In this document: piece after piece, positions 18,084 to 26,623 of the stretch | Numbering within the stretch: the stretch's first letter is position 1 | Layout: every line of letters begins with the position of its first letter | Assembly: GCA_044352465.1 (NCBI GenBank) | Contig: JBILDU010000022.1 | Span: 1-35,328, forward strand | Origin: Bdellovibrionota bacterium | Lineage (GTDB): Bacteria; Bdellovibrionota_C; UBA2361 | Direction: 5' to 3' | Length of the DNA: 35,328 nucleotides | Position numbers and translations under genes: made by a program | The notes under the pieces: generated by a model | What the model was told of the DNA's origin: nothing | What the model saw: the letters and a program-made list of their open reading frames with translations, nothing else | Databases searched by the model: none

Positions 18084-20087
18084 TCACCGCTCGAACACGA
18101 GCGCCGTTCGACTTGGCAGATACAGCTGCAATGGACCGCTCTTGCCGGTTGCGTAGAGCAAGCCACGGTCGACTCGATCAAACCCACCGTACTCCGGCGC
18201 ATCGGAATCGAGCACCAGGCGGTAGCCCCCGGCGGCTGTGGGAATGGAGCGATCGGCGTAGGAATTCACCGGACTAAAATTAAAGACGAACAAAAGCCCC
18301 GCCCGCTCGAAGGCGAGTATCTGGTCAGCAACGTGCTCATACACCAGCTGGGGCCAAGACTCGGCGAGTACACCCCGCCGCTTTACGAGCTCAATCATCG
18401 CGCGATCAAAGTCGGCTAAAAAGCGGTAGCGTAACGACGGCGCATCGCGCAGCGACCACTGCCGCCGACAGTAATGATACGCCCACCCATTCCCCTCGCG
18501 CGGAAAGTCGATCCATTCCGGGTGCCCGAACTCGTTCCCCATAAAATTTAAATAGCCATGCCCCGCTGTCGCCACGGTCACGAGGCGGATCATTTTATGG
18601 AGCGCGAGCGCTCGATCGATCACCAGGCTCGTGTCGCTCGCGCGCATGTGGGTATACATCTCTTTGTCGGCGAGCCGAAAGATAATCGTCTTATCACCCA
18701 CAAGAGCTTGATCGTGCGACTCAGCATAGCCGATGGTCTGCTCCTCCACGCGCCGGGCAGTCAACTCCCGCCATATCTCCGCGACGTTCCAGCTCTCGTC
18801 GGCTCGCTCCTTAATGACCTTAATCCAGTAGTCGGGAGTCCCCATAGCGAGGCGATAATCGAATCCAGCTCCGCCAAGCTCGGTCGACGCGGTGAGCCCC
18901 GGCATCGCGCTCACCTCTTCCGCGATCGTCACCGCATCGACGCGCAGTAAATGAATAAGGTCATTTGCCACGCCCAGATACGCGAGGGCTGCGGTGTCGA
19001 TATGCATTCCGAAATAATGATCGTACGAGGCCACCCGTGCGCCCAGCCCATGGTCGCGGTAGATCATGCTCGTCACACCGTCGAACCGAAATCCGTCGAA
19101 CTTAAACTCCTCAAGCCAGTAACGGCAGTTCGACAAGAGGAATCGCACCGTTTCATCTTTGGCGTAATCGAACAGCCGAGTATTCCAGGCCGGGTGCTCC
19201 GCCCGCTCTCCCCCATGGCAATACAACGTGAGCGAGCCATCGATCCGACCGATTCCCTCAACCTCGTTCTTCACGGCGTGGGAATGCACCAGGTCCATGA
19301 TGACTGCGAGTCCCATAGCGTGGGCAGTGTCGACCAGCTCCTTCAACTCTTCAGGCGTCCCAAAGCGTGACGAAGGCGCAAAAAAATTACTGACCTGGTA
19401 ACCAAACGACCCGTAATACGGGTGCTCTTGGATCGCCATCAGTTGAATCGTATTGTATCCCGCCGCTTTAATCCGCGGCAGCACATCGACAGTGAACTCC
19501 CGGTACGAATGAAGCCGGGGTGCCTCTCCCGCCATTCCGACATGGGCCTCATAAATGAGGGGGGGCTCCTCGGGGAAGACAAAATTCGAGTTATTCCATT
19601 GATACGGCTCGGCGGGCTCCCACACCTGCGCGGAAAATATCAACGTCTGCGGGTCCTGCACGACGCGCCGAGCGTAGGCTGGAAGCCGCTCACCGCGGTG
19701 CTCGGCTCCACCCTCGCGCCACTCAACGAGCAACTTATACAGCATTCCGTGGGCGAGACTCTCTTGCGGTAGCACGATCTCCCAGACCCCGCCTTGACTG
19801 GAAGCAAGATCATAACGAGCCTCCGCCCGCCACCCCGAGAACTCACCGATAAGGGTCACCCGACTTGCATTCGGAGCGAGCTCCCGAAACACCCACCCCG
19901 CTTCGGTGCGATGGAGCCCGAAATACCGATGGGCATCTGCAAAAGTGTACAGATCCCCCCTACTTCCAACGATTCGTCTCTTCAGTGCCTCGACACACTG
20001 GCGCCGAAGCTCAAGGTCATCACGGTACGGCGTCAGCCATGGGTCGATATCGATCAGAGTTCGGCGTTTTTCGGTCGACGTTGTCAT
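18084..20087 (-). CDS. glgB: 1,4-alpha-glucan branching enzyme, GH13_8 (eukaryote/Bacteroidetes-type)
   Basis: IYEAHVG, QEHPYYGSFGYQV, FDGFRFDGVTSM, AEEVS, YAESHDQALVGDKT, FMGNEFGHPEWIDFPR. Confidence 0.95.
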   Translation of the reverse strand: MTTSTEKRRTLIDIDPWLTPYRDDLELRRQCVEALKRRIVGSRGDLYTFADAHRYFGLHRTEAGWVFRELAPNASRVTLIGEFSGWRAEARYDLASSQGGVWEIVLPQESLAHGMLYKLLVEWREGGAEHRGERLPAYARRVVQDPQTLIFSAQVWEPAEPYQWNNSNFVFPEEPPLIYEAHVGMAGEAPRLHSYREFTVDVLPRIKAAGYNTIQLMAIQEHPYYGSFGYQVSNFFAPSSRFGTPEELKELVDTAHAMGLAVIMDLVHSHAVKNEVEGIGRIDGSLTLYCHGGERAEHPAWNTRLFDYAKDETVRFLLSNCRYWLEEFKFDGFRFDGVTSMIYRDHGLGARVASYDHYFGMHIDTAALAYLGVANDLIHLLRVDAVTIAEEVSAMPGLTASTELGGAGFDYRLAMGTPDYWIKVIKERADESWNVAEIWRELTARRVEEQTIGYAESHDQALVGDKTIIFRLADKEMYTHMRASDTSLVIDRALALHKMIRLVTVATAGHGYLNFMGNEFGHPEWIDFPREGNGWAYHYCRRQWSLRDAPSLRYRFLADFDRAMIELVKRRGVLAESWPQLVYEHVADQILAFERAGLLFVFNFSPVNSYADRSIPTAAGGYRLVLDSDAPEYGGFDRVDRGLLYATGKSGPLQLYLPSRTALVFER

Positions 20088-20093
20088 GCCGGC

Positions 20094-20123
20094 ATCGTAG
20101 GCCGAATCGGGTCACCCGCGCAA
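20094..20123 (-). promoter_or_regulatory. Sigma-70-like promoter immediately before the glgB ATG (probable leaderless transcript)
   Basis: Minus strand TTGCGC-N18-TACGAT-N6-ATG with no Shine-Dalgarno sequence. Confidence 0.5.
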
Positions 20124-20197
20124 AAGAGTAAATGCACTGAATAAAACCGATCCTGAAGGTATCTCTGAAATCAAAGGCAAGGAAAATCACCTGCAGC

Positions 20198-20515
20198 TCA
20201 TTTTCTTCTTCGATTCCTCGACAAAGCGTGGTAGAGTTCGATGCATGTACTCTTCAAATCTTCATATAACGAAAGCAAACCCCACCACGGCGAAACGTCG
20301 TGGGGATGCGCTCTCGTCTGACGCGCGTACCTCAATGGGCCCGCGCCGATCGATTCGAGGATACGCCGGAAACCCAATAAATATGCGGTTTCCGTAACCG
20401 GTCGGGCCTTATACACGGACCCGACACGGTGATGTCGGGACGATGAATAAGGTAAGGCACTGAAGCGACCCTTCGAAACTGCCCTCCTTTTTTTCCCTGG
20501 CATTACCGAACGCAA
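20198..20515 (-). CDS. Possible basic hypothetical protein
   Basis: 105-aa ORF filling otherwise empty space. No recognisable motif and a weak start. Confidence 0.25.
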   Translation of the reverse strand: MRSVMPGKKRRAVSKGRFSALPYSSSRHHRVGSVYKARPVTETAYLLGFRRILESIGAGPLRYARQTRAHPHDVSPWWGLLSLYEDLKSTCIELYHALSRNRRRK

Positions 20516-20638
20516 CGTACCGAGACAGGCGGTGCTGACGAAAATACGTCGGCACGCTCAGAACGGTTCGTGCGCGTTTGCCAAACGGTCGTCGAGATAA
20601 AGTCGCAAAGAACGAAACGGCAACGAGGGGAGATAACG

Positions 20639-20665
20639 ATGGCATCACACAGAGACGGACGGTAA
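20639..20665 (+). other. Putative leader peptide (uORF MASHRDGR)
   Basis: GAGGGGAG six nt before ATG GCA TCA CAC AGA GAC GGA CGG TAA. The stop lies in the loop of the hairpin GGACG-GTAA-CGTCC. Confidence 0.35.
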
Positions 20666-20860
20666 CGTCCCCGCGGGGTGCGCGCGGTTCATCGCACCAC
20701 CGAGAGCAATCGACCTAAAACAAACCGCTTAAGGGAAAAAGAGAGCGGAAAATCGAACGCTGGGTGCGTTCAACGGGCGAGGTGTATGCGGCGGGGCAAC
20801 CCGACCACAGGCAACTCGGACCGAACAGGTGAAGTGTATCGACGCTACAGGAGGAAGACT

Positions 20861-22747
20861 ATGAAAACATACAATGCGGTCCATGTCCTTGAGGCTCAGA
20901 CGATCAGGGTGTCGCGTGCCCCTCCGGGCGGTGCACGGCTCCGCCAGCTCGTGGGGCACGGAGTCCGGATCGCCCGGGCTAACGGAGAAATCGTCTCCAC
21001 ACTTTTTCGGTATCGTCCCGGTATCTCGGTCGGACGGGTCATCTTCGTGGGGGTACTGGTCGCCACTCCGTTCATTATGAATTGGAGCGTCGGCCGAATC
21101 CTCGAAGCGCTCGCGCACCGCACCCCGGTGGACCTCTTCGATCTGCCGACTCTCGGGCTTGCATTTGGACTGGTCGTGTCGGGTTCGATTCCCCTGATCA
21201 TGACCGTTATCGATCGGCTGATCGAACACTGGGCGTTCACCTATGTGCAACAGGCGCAGGTACTGAAGGTCCCCGAGATCGACCCGGTAACTTATAGCGA
21301 TCCGGATCTCAAGGATAAGATCCAGAACGTGCAGGAGCGGGCGGTGTGGCGGGTTATGGCGTTTGCGAAATCCCAGGTGATGCTCACTCGAGCGTTCGCG
21401 CTCGCCGTGATCACCGCCGTGATTCTCGGACGCTTCGACCAATGGCTCTGCACGATCGTGATCCTCGCGATGGTGCCGAGCATGGCGGTCGAGGGGCTCC
21501 ACGCCTACCGGCAATTCAAGGTCGACGAGAGGCAAGGGGATCGATGGCGCCGTTTCTGGGAGGACCGGGGGAATATCCTTAACTCGAAACCGCTGGCTTA
21601 CCTGCAAGTTTTCGGCGCGGCCCGCTGGTTTGCCGCGCGGTTCGCTGAGCAGGTGGGGCAGATGATCGATGCGTACGATGTCCTTGAACGGCGGAGTATC
21701 CTGGGGAGACTCGTCGCGATGGCGTGCGGCATGGCCGCGATCGTCTTCGGTGCGATCGCCCTGGTGGATGGAGTCATCGCACAGCGGATAGCTATCGGAG
21801 ACTTCGTCTTCTACTTGGGAGCACTCTCGCTCCTTGGGGCAAGTCTTGCCGAACTCGCCAGTGCGCTCGGGCAACAACTCGGCCAATCGCTCTATGTGCA
21901 GAGCTTTGGCGATGTGCTCGCGATCGAATCGCGGACCCACTATCCCGCACTCGGAGTGAGTCCACGGGTGAGTGCTGAAGGGGTAAGCCTTGAGCTCGAC
22001 GACGTCCGATTCGGCTATCCCCAGGGTGTCGGAAAGAGAAATCGCGAGGTCATTCGCGGGATCTCGTTCCGTATCCCCGCAGGGGAGAAATGGGCTGTGG
22101 TCGGAGTGAACGGCGCCGGGAAAAGCACCTTAAAGGCGCTGCTCGTCCGGCTCTTCGATCCCGATCACGGCGAGGTCCGGATCGGCGGAGTGTCGGCCAA
22201 GGCGCTCGACGCTCCAACGCTACGCGCGGTGGTGGGATGCCTCCCGCAGGAGATCCAGCACTACAACCTTACCGTCGAGGAGTTCATCGCTCTTGGACGG
22301 GCCGGGCAACCGATCGATCGCGATCGGGTAGCGTGGGCGGCGAAGCGAAGCGGAGCCGCGGTGTTCATCGAGCGGTATCCGCTCGGTTACAGCCAAAGGC
22401 TGGGACGCGATTATAAGGATACCGAGGAACCGTCGGGTGGCCAGCTCCAAAAGCTCGCCCTCGCATCGCTCCTCTATCTGCGCGCTCCGCTGATGGTCCT
22501 CGATGAACCGACCGCCGCGATCGACCCCGAGGCAGCCCGGGATTTCTGGGACACCCTCTTCCACGAGAGTCCCGGACAGACCGTGGTATTCTCGACCCAT
22601 TACTTGGGCGCGGTACGCCGGGCCAACCGGATCCTCGTGGTGGATGCCGGTCAGGTCTTGGCAAGCGGAACACACGCAGAGCTCATGGAGGGATGTGGCA
22701 TCTACCGCGATCTCTTCGAGAGCCAGGCCCGCGACTACCGCGGGTGA
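20861..22747 (+). CDS. ABC exporter, fused permease and ATPase (peptide/multidrug type)
   Basis: About 6 TMs, Walker A GVNGAGKS, signature PSGGQLQK, Walker B LMVLDEPT, H-loop STH. Start placed at ATG 20861 behind AGGAGG. Confidence 0.92.
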   Translation: MKTYNAVHVLEAQTIRVSRAPPGGARLRQLVGHGVRIARANGEIVSTLFRYRPGISVGRVIFVGVLVATPFIMNWSVGRILEALAHRTPVDLFDLPTLGLAFGLVVSGSIPLIMTVIDRLIEHWAFTYVQQAQVLKVPEIDPVTYSDPDLKDKIQNVQERAVWRVMAFAKSQVMLTRAFALAVITAVILGRFDQWLCTIVILAMVPSMAVEGLHAYRQFKVDERQGDRWRRFWEDRGNILNSKPLAYLQVFGAARWFAARFAEQVGQMIDAYDVLERRSILGRLVAMACGMAAIVFGAIALVDGVIAQRIAIGDFVFYLGALSLLGASLAELASALGQQLGQSLYVQSFGDVLAIESRTHYPALGVSPRVSAEGVSLELDDVRFGYPQGVGKRNREVIRGISFRIPAGEKWAVVGVNGAGKSTLKALLVRLFDPDHGEVRIGGVSAKALDAPTLRAVVGCLPQEIQHYNLTVEEFIALGRAGQPIDRDRVAWAAKRSGAAVFIERYPLGYSQRLGRDYKDTEEPSGGQLQKLALASLLYLRAPLMVLDEPTAAIDPEAARDFWDTLFHESPGQTVVFSTHYLGAVRRANRILVVDAGQVLASGTHAELMEGCGIYRDLFESQARDYRG

Positions 22748-22789
22748 CCCGCGCGAGTGCCCCACCCGCCTTGGGTCAGCGGGGAGCAC

Positions 22790-22835
22790 GACCGGAAGGC
22801 GGAGGCAGAGGTGCCTCCGCCTCCCGGTCTTTTTT
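22790..22835 (+). terminator. Rho-independent terminator after the ABC exporter
   Basis: GACCGGAAGGCGGAGGCA-gagg-TGCCTCCGCCTCCCGGTC (18-bp stem, one mismatch) followed by T6. Confidence 0.85.
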
Positions 22836-22901
22836 GGTACTCTTGCGCGCTTTCTTCGCCAAACGCCTCCCGCACGGAAGGTCGCCCCGGGCCTGCCTGT
22901 C

Positions 22902-24614
22902 CTACACCGAGGTGTCGCGGATCATCTCAGCATTGCGCTTCATCAGTCGGGCGAGTCGGGCCCGCACAACCTCCCGCGGGTCATCACCTCGGGCAAATGC
23001 ATCCCGCGCGAGCATACAAAGCGCGGCGCTGTAACTCCCAAAGACTTTCCGCTCCCCGTCACTTTTTAACCACCCTTCCACATGGCGGTATTCCGGTGAC
23101 ACGGACGCCTCCTCGAGCTCCCCCGACAGGGTCAATCCGACCGCTCCGAGCACCAAGCGGTATTCGGCTCGGCTCGGAAGGCGACTCCGCGTCGTGAAAT
23201 CGGAGAGGGTCCGCGCCGGTACCCCACAGCGTGCAGCGAGATTCGCGACCCCCCCCCAGAACTCAGCGATCGCTTGGGTGGTAACGAAGGGGTGGAGCGA
23301 ACCAGCACGGGCACAGACGGCATGGCCGATCTCAGATAGCCGCGCCCCTGAGAATACCCGTCCCTCAATTTTCTCGAGCTCTTTGAGTCGCGCCACACTC
23401 GCCGGGACATGCCCATGCCGAACCCACCGCCTTATCGTATCAAGTGGAAGTTCGCCTGCAGGATCCCCGCTCCTCCGAAGATGTCGTCGTAGCTCATCGG
23501 GAGAAACCCGTCCGCGCCGCGAGAGACGATCCGCCATCTCCATCACTGCGTGATAGTGCTCCGGCCGTCCGGTCTCCACCACCGGTGGTTCCGCCAAACT
23601 CGCCGTGAGGCATCCGATCAAGCGATCACTATTCACCAGGTGACGATCCCGTAAGGCCTCAAGCGCTTGGTAACTCTCGATATGCAACGAGGGTATCACG
23701 CCCGAACTCAGCCGAGCGATGATCCCCTCCCGCTTCAGCACGAGCGCGACCTCCTCCAGAAGACCCACATTGTGACGTCGCCCGATAATGAGACGATGGT
23801 GGGCAACATCGAAAGTCCCCCCGGCAAAATCGAGGAATCCACGGATAAATTCGCACCGTTCAGCCGAGGTCTGCACATGCTTCCACGGCACTCGCGCGTT
23901 GCCCCCCGTAGCGGCGTGCAAATAGTCGACAAATTCGCGGGCGTGAGAGCTCGCCGTGACCCGTAAAAATTCATCACGCATCGCCTCATATCGACCGAGT
24001 CTGAGGCTACACGAGCGCTCGCAGGCCTCAATGACCCGATCGACGAGTTTTCCCTCAGCACTCGTAAAGGCGATCGGTATGCTCGACGTCCCCAGCCGCC
24101 GCGTCCCCGCATGAGCACCCAAAACGAAAGCGAAATCAGCTGACGCCCCTACCGGTACCACGACCCGCTTCGTGAACAGCGCCCCCCGTAACGGATCGTT
24201 ATCACAAAGGACCTCTGGAACCTGGCCCTTCGTTATCCACGGTATCACCCGAGTTGACCCCAGCTGTGCCACCACGTCACTGACTTCCCGCCCGGCGAGC
24301 TTCAGGAGGTGAGCCCCCGCGAATAGTGCAAAATCGCTCTCAGCTTTGGCCCGAACAAGGGCATCCTTCTCCCCTGCCATCAGGCGATGAAACATCTCGT
24401 AACCGCGCAGAAATGCGGTGTCCCGCTTCAATTCGCCCCCCACTGAGGACACGAGCGTTGCCAGCTCCGCTGGCACCTTTCGGGAGATCTCTGCGTTGAA
24501 CTTCGCGGTCGTACGGGGGACGCTCGACTGTTGGTGCACCTGATCACTCCGGCGGGGTTGTTCCCGAAATTGAGCTTTTACGACCACCAGCGACGTAGCT
24601 ACCACGAAAGGCAC
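22902..24614 (-). CDS. Degenerate LAGLIDADG (DOD)-like domain protein with multiple HTH-like segments
   Basis: FAFVLGAHAG and EFIRGFLDFAGG resemble the two LAGLIDADG helices; LLEEVALVLKREGI resembles DOD block H. Repeated W(I/V)xxGxVP motifs and an XRE-like segment VANLAARCGVPARTLSDF...RLPS. Start codon uncertain. Confidence 0.62.
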   Translation of the reverse strand: MPFVVATSLVVVKAQFREQPRRSDQVHQQSSVPRTTAKFNAEISRKVPAELATLVSSVGGELKRDTAFLRGYEMFHRLMAGEKDALVRAKAESDFALFAGAHLLKLAGREVSDVVAQLGSTRVIPWITKGQVPEVLCDNDPLRGALFTKRVVVPVGASADFAFVLGAHAGTRRLGTSSIPIAFTSAEGKLVDRVIEACERSCSLRLGRYEAMRDEFLRVTASSHAREFVDYLHAATGGNARVPWKHVQTSAERCEFIRGFLDFAGGTFDVAHHRLIIGRRHNVGLLEEVALVLKREGIIARLSSGVIPSLHIESYQALEALRDRHLVNSDRLIGCLTASLAEPPVVETGRPEHYHAVMEMADRLSRRGRVSPDELRRHLRRSGDPAGELPLDTIRRWVRHGHVPASVARLKELEKIEGRVFSGARLSEIGHAVCARAGSLHPFVTTQAIAEFWGGVANLAARCGVPARTLSDFTTRSRLPSRAEYRLVLGAVGLTLSGELEEASVSPEYRHVEGWLKSDGERKVFGSYSAALCMLARDAFARGDDPREVVRARLARLMKRNAEMIRDTSV

Positions 24615-24935
24615 CGCAAACTGGATGGAGATCCGCAGCTACCGCTGCAACTGCGCGGAAGCTTACTCAACAATCCGTTCCGATTGAACCGGAAAATATC
24701 CCGTCGGGACGCGCGTTCGAGGGCCTCCCCCCCGTCACGACGTGTCGCACCAACGCCCCACACCCATAACTACCTAAAACTACTAACCTATTCGGGTTAC
24801 AAAACTTTTACAAAAGAATGACTTGGTTGTGACAACTCACGAGTTCGCTTGTGCGAAAACATCTGCGTGGTCGGCAAAGGACGCCCCACCGAGTGAATCT
24901 CTCACTCGATTGTTGCTGAAGAAGGAATTGAAGTT

Positions 24936-25097
24936 ATGAAAACCGATATCACCGCCCCCGCGCAGAATGAGTTTGTCGCAGCCGAGCTCACCTATATCTC
25001 CCCAGCCCTCCAAGAGATCGTTCAGGGGGACGAGTTCGCGGTGCTACAACGGACCCTCGCGCTCTACGCTACCGTTATCTCCGAGCGGGCGATGTAA
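24936..25097 (+). CDS. 53-aa small protein, below the ORF-track cutoff, with a YxxPxL motif
   Basis: AAGGA upstream. MKTDITAPAQNEFVAAELTYISPALQEIVQGDEFAVLQRTLALYATVISERAM; GC-rich third codon positions. Confidence 0.55.
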   Translation: MKTDITAPAQNEFVAAELTYISPALQEIVQGDEFAVLQRTLALYATVISERAM

Positions 25098-25222
25098 GAA
25101 CGATTCCGACGAGTGGGTGGTGGAGGATTTCCCTCACCACACCGACGAGGGCGAAACGGTGGTCCTGTAGGGTGTGCAGTTAAGGGGCCATTTCATTCGA
25201 GAGGTGATGTGGTAGGCTCAAC

Positions 25223-26359
25223 GTGGTGAGCACTCCTTCACTTCAGATCGACGCTGTCGTCCTCCGGGCCGTTTCTATCCCGCTCAAAGAACCGTTTACC
25301 TCTAACCATGGAGTCGTGACGACCCGTGATGTCGTCATCGTCGAGGTCATCGGCGCGGGCATCTCAGGCTTCGGGGAAGCGGCAACGCTCCCCCTTCCCG
25401 GTTATTCTACCGAGACTCAAGCGAGTGCGCTTGGCGCGCTGCGGGACCGTTTTGTTCCCCTTCTTTTCGCCGAGGTCTTTCAAACCCCCCGAGAGCTCGC
25501 CACACGGTTGGGCGGATGCGGGTTCGCGCCGATCGCCCGAGCCGGTCTTGAGATGGCCTGCTGGGACTGGTGGGCCCAAGCGCAAAAGAAACCCCTCTTC
25601 CGGATTCTCGGCGGATCGCGCAACGAGATTCCGGTCGGGGTAGCGGTGCCCCTCCTGCCCGATCGGGGCGCTCTTTTTGCCCAGATCGCGCTGTATCTGG
25701 AGGCCGGGTATCAACGCATAAAAACAAAACTCTCTCCCGGCTCCGAGGAAACCCTCCGCGATATCGTGAGCCATTTTGGCCCGATCCCACTCATGGTGGA
25801 TGCGAACGGTGCCTACACTCGGAACGATATCCATCGGCTCGAAGCGATCGACGATGTGGGGCTCATGATGATCGAGCAACCCCTTCCCGCCCCCGACCTC
25901 GTTGGGCACAGGGATTTACAGCGTCGACTCGCGACGCCCCTATGCCTCGATGAGAGTATCACTGATATTGAAACGTGTGCCGAAGCGCTCCGTTTGAACG
26001 CGTGCCGGATCATTAACATCAAGCCCGGTCGGGTTGGGGGAACGACGGTTGCTCTGGCGATCCACGATCGCGCCGCTGAGCACGGGTGCGGGGTCTGGTG
26101 TGGTGGTCTGCTCGAGACCGGAATCGGGCGGGCGCACAACATCGCCCTCGCCACGTTACCTCATTTTCGGTACCCCGGCGACATCAGCGCGAGTAGCCGT
26201 TATTTCGAGCGGGATATCATCACCCCCGAGGTTACCCTCGCCCCGCGGGGCACCATCAAAGTTCCAGAGGTACCCGGAATCGGGTACGCGATCGATCGCT
26301 CCGAGCTGGCACGGCGGACCACCGCAGTTGTTGAACTAACGAGCACTCCGCGGCGGTGA
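25223..26359 (+). CDS. menC: o-succinylbenzoate synthase / N-succinylamino acid racemase (enolase superfamily, NSAR/OSBS subfamily)
   Basis: GYQRIKTK, MVDANGAY, MIEQP, CLDES, NIKPGRVGG, WCGGLLETGIGRAHN, GDISASSRYF. Confidence 0.88.
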   Translation: MVSTPSLQIDAVVLRAVSIPLKEPFTSNHGVVTTRDVVIVEVIGAGISGFGEAATLPLPGYSTETQASALGALRDRFVPLLFAEVFQTPRELATRLGGCGFAPIARAGLEMACWDWWAQAQKKPLFRILGGSRNEIPVGVAVPLLPDRGALFAQIALYLEAGYQRIKTKLSPGSEETLRDIVSHFGPIPLMVDANGAYTRNDIHRLEAIDDVGLMMIEQPLPAPDLVGHRDLQRRLATPLCLDESITDIETCAEALRLNACRIINIKPGRVGGTTVALAIHDRAAEHGCGVWCGGLLETGIGRAHNIALATLPHFRYPGDISASSRYFERDIITPEVTLAPRGTIKVPEVPGIGYAIDRSELARRTTAVVELTSTPRR

Positions 26360-26521
26360 GGGCGTCTCGGCAAAGCGCACACACAGACGAACGGTAAAAG
26401 CGTGGCCCTCCTGGGCGCGCTCGTATCTCGCTCGCCAAACCTCGGGCAGGTGAAAACTACTTAGAAGGGGCACTCAGGGGGGAAAAGGTAAGCGCGAACT
26501 CGTGGAGCTCTGAAACATTTC

Positions 26522-26586
26522 AAAAAACCTCGTAAGAGGACGAAGAAGGCACCCCGGTCGCCGTTTTTTAAGACGACGACCGGGGG
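26522..26586 (-). terminator. Tandem hairpins terminating the minus-strand 126-aa ORF
   Basis: Stem CCCCGGTCGTCGT / ACGGCGACCGGGG (26552-26585), then CCTC-ttac-GAGG-TTTTTT (26539-26522). Confidence 0.55.
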
Positions 26587-26623
26587 CCCAAGAGGAGGTT
26601 CTCTCGTTTCTCTTCCTCAGCGA

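Noticed and set aside
20729..21940. 403-aa minus-strand ORF
   Set aside because: It is an antisense shadow of the ABC exporter, with no motifs; such ORFs are typical of GC-biased codon usage.
22902..24614. Intein- or intron-encoded active homing endonuclease
   Set aside because: There is no N-terminal Cys/Ser block, no terminal His-Asn, no interrupted host gene, and the catalytic acidic residues appear absent.
24829..24842. CRP/Rex-like site TGTGA...TCAC
   Set aside because: The spacer is 4 nt rather than 6. It is kept only as a generic dyad.
24865..24910. Possible c-di-GMP-I riboswitch (GGCAAA...GGACGC)
   Set aside because: The intervening GNRA-capped stem and the GCAAA-led second hairpin are missing.
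20861..25097. Complete lasso or other RiPP biosynthetic cluster
   Set aside because: There is no cyclase, peptidase, RRE or radical SAM gene in the window. Only an exporter and a motif-bearing small ORF are present.
24967..25170. 67-aa plus-strand ORF in the ORF track
   Set aside because: It has the Ser/Pro/Arg-rich composition of an off-frame read and no RBS. The overlapping frame 24936..25097 is better supported.
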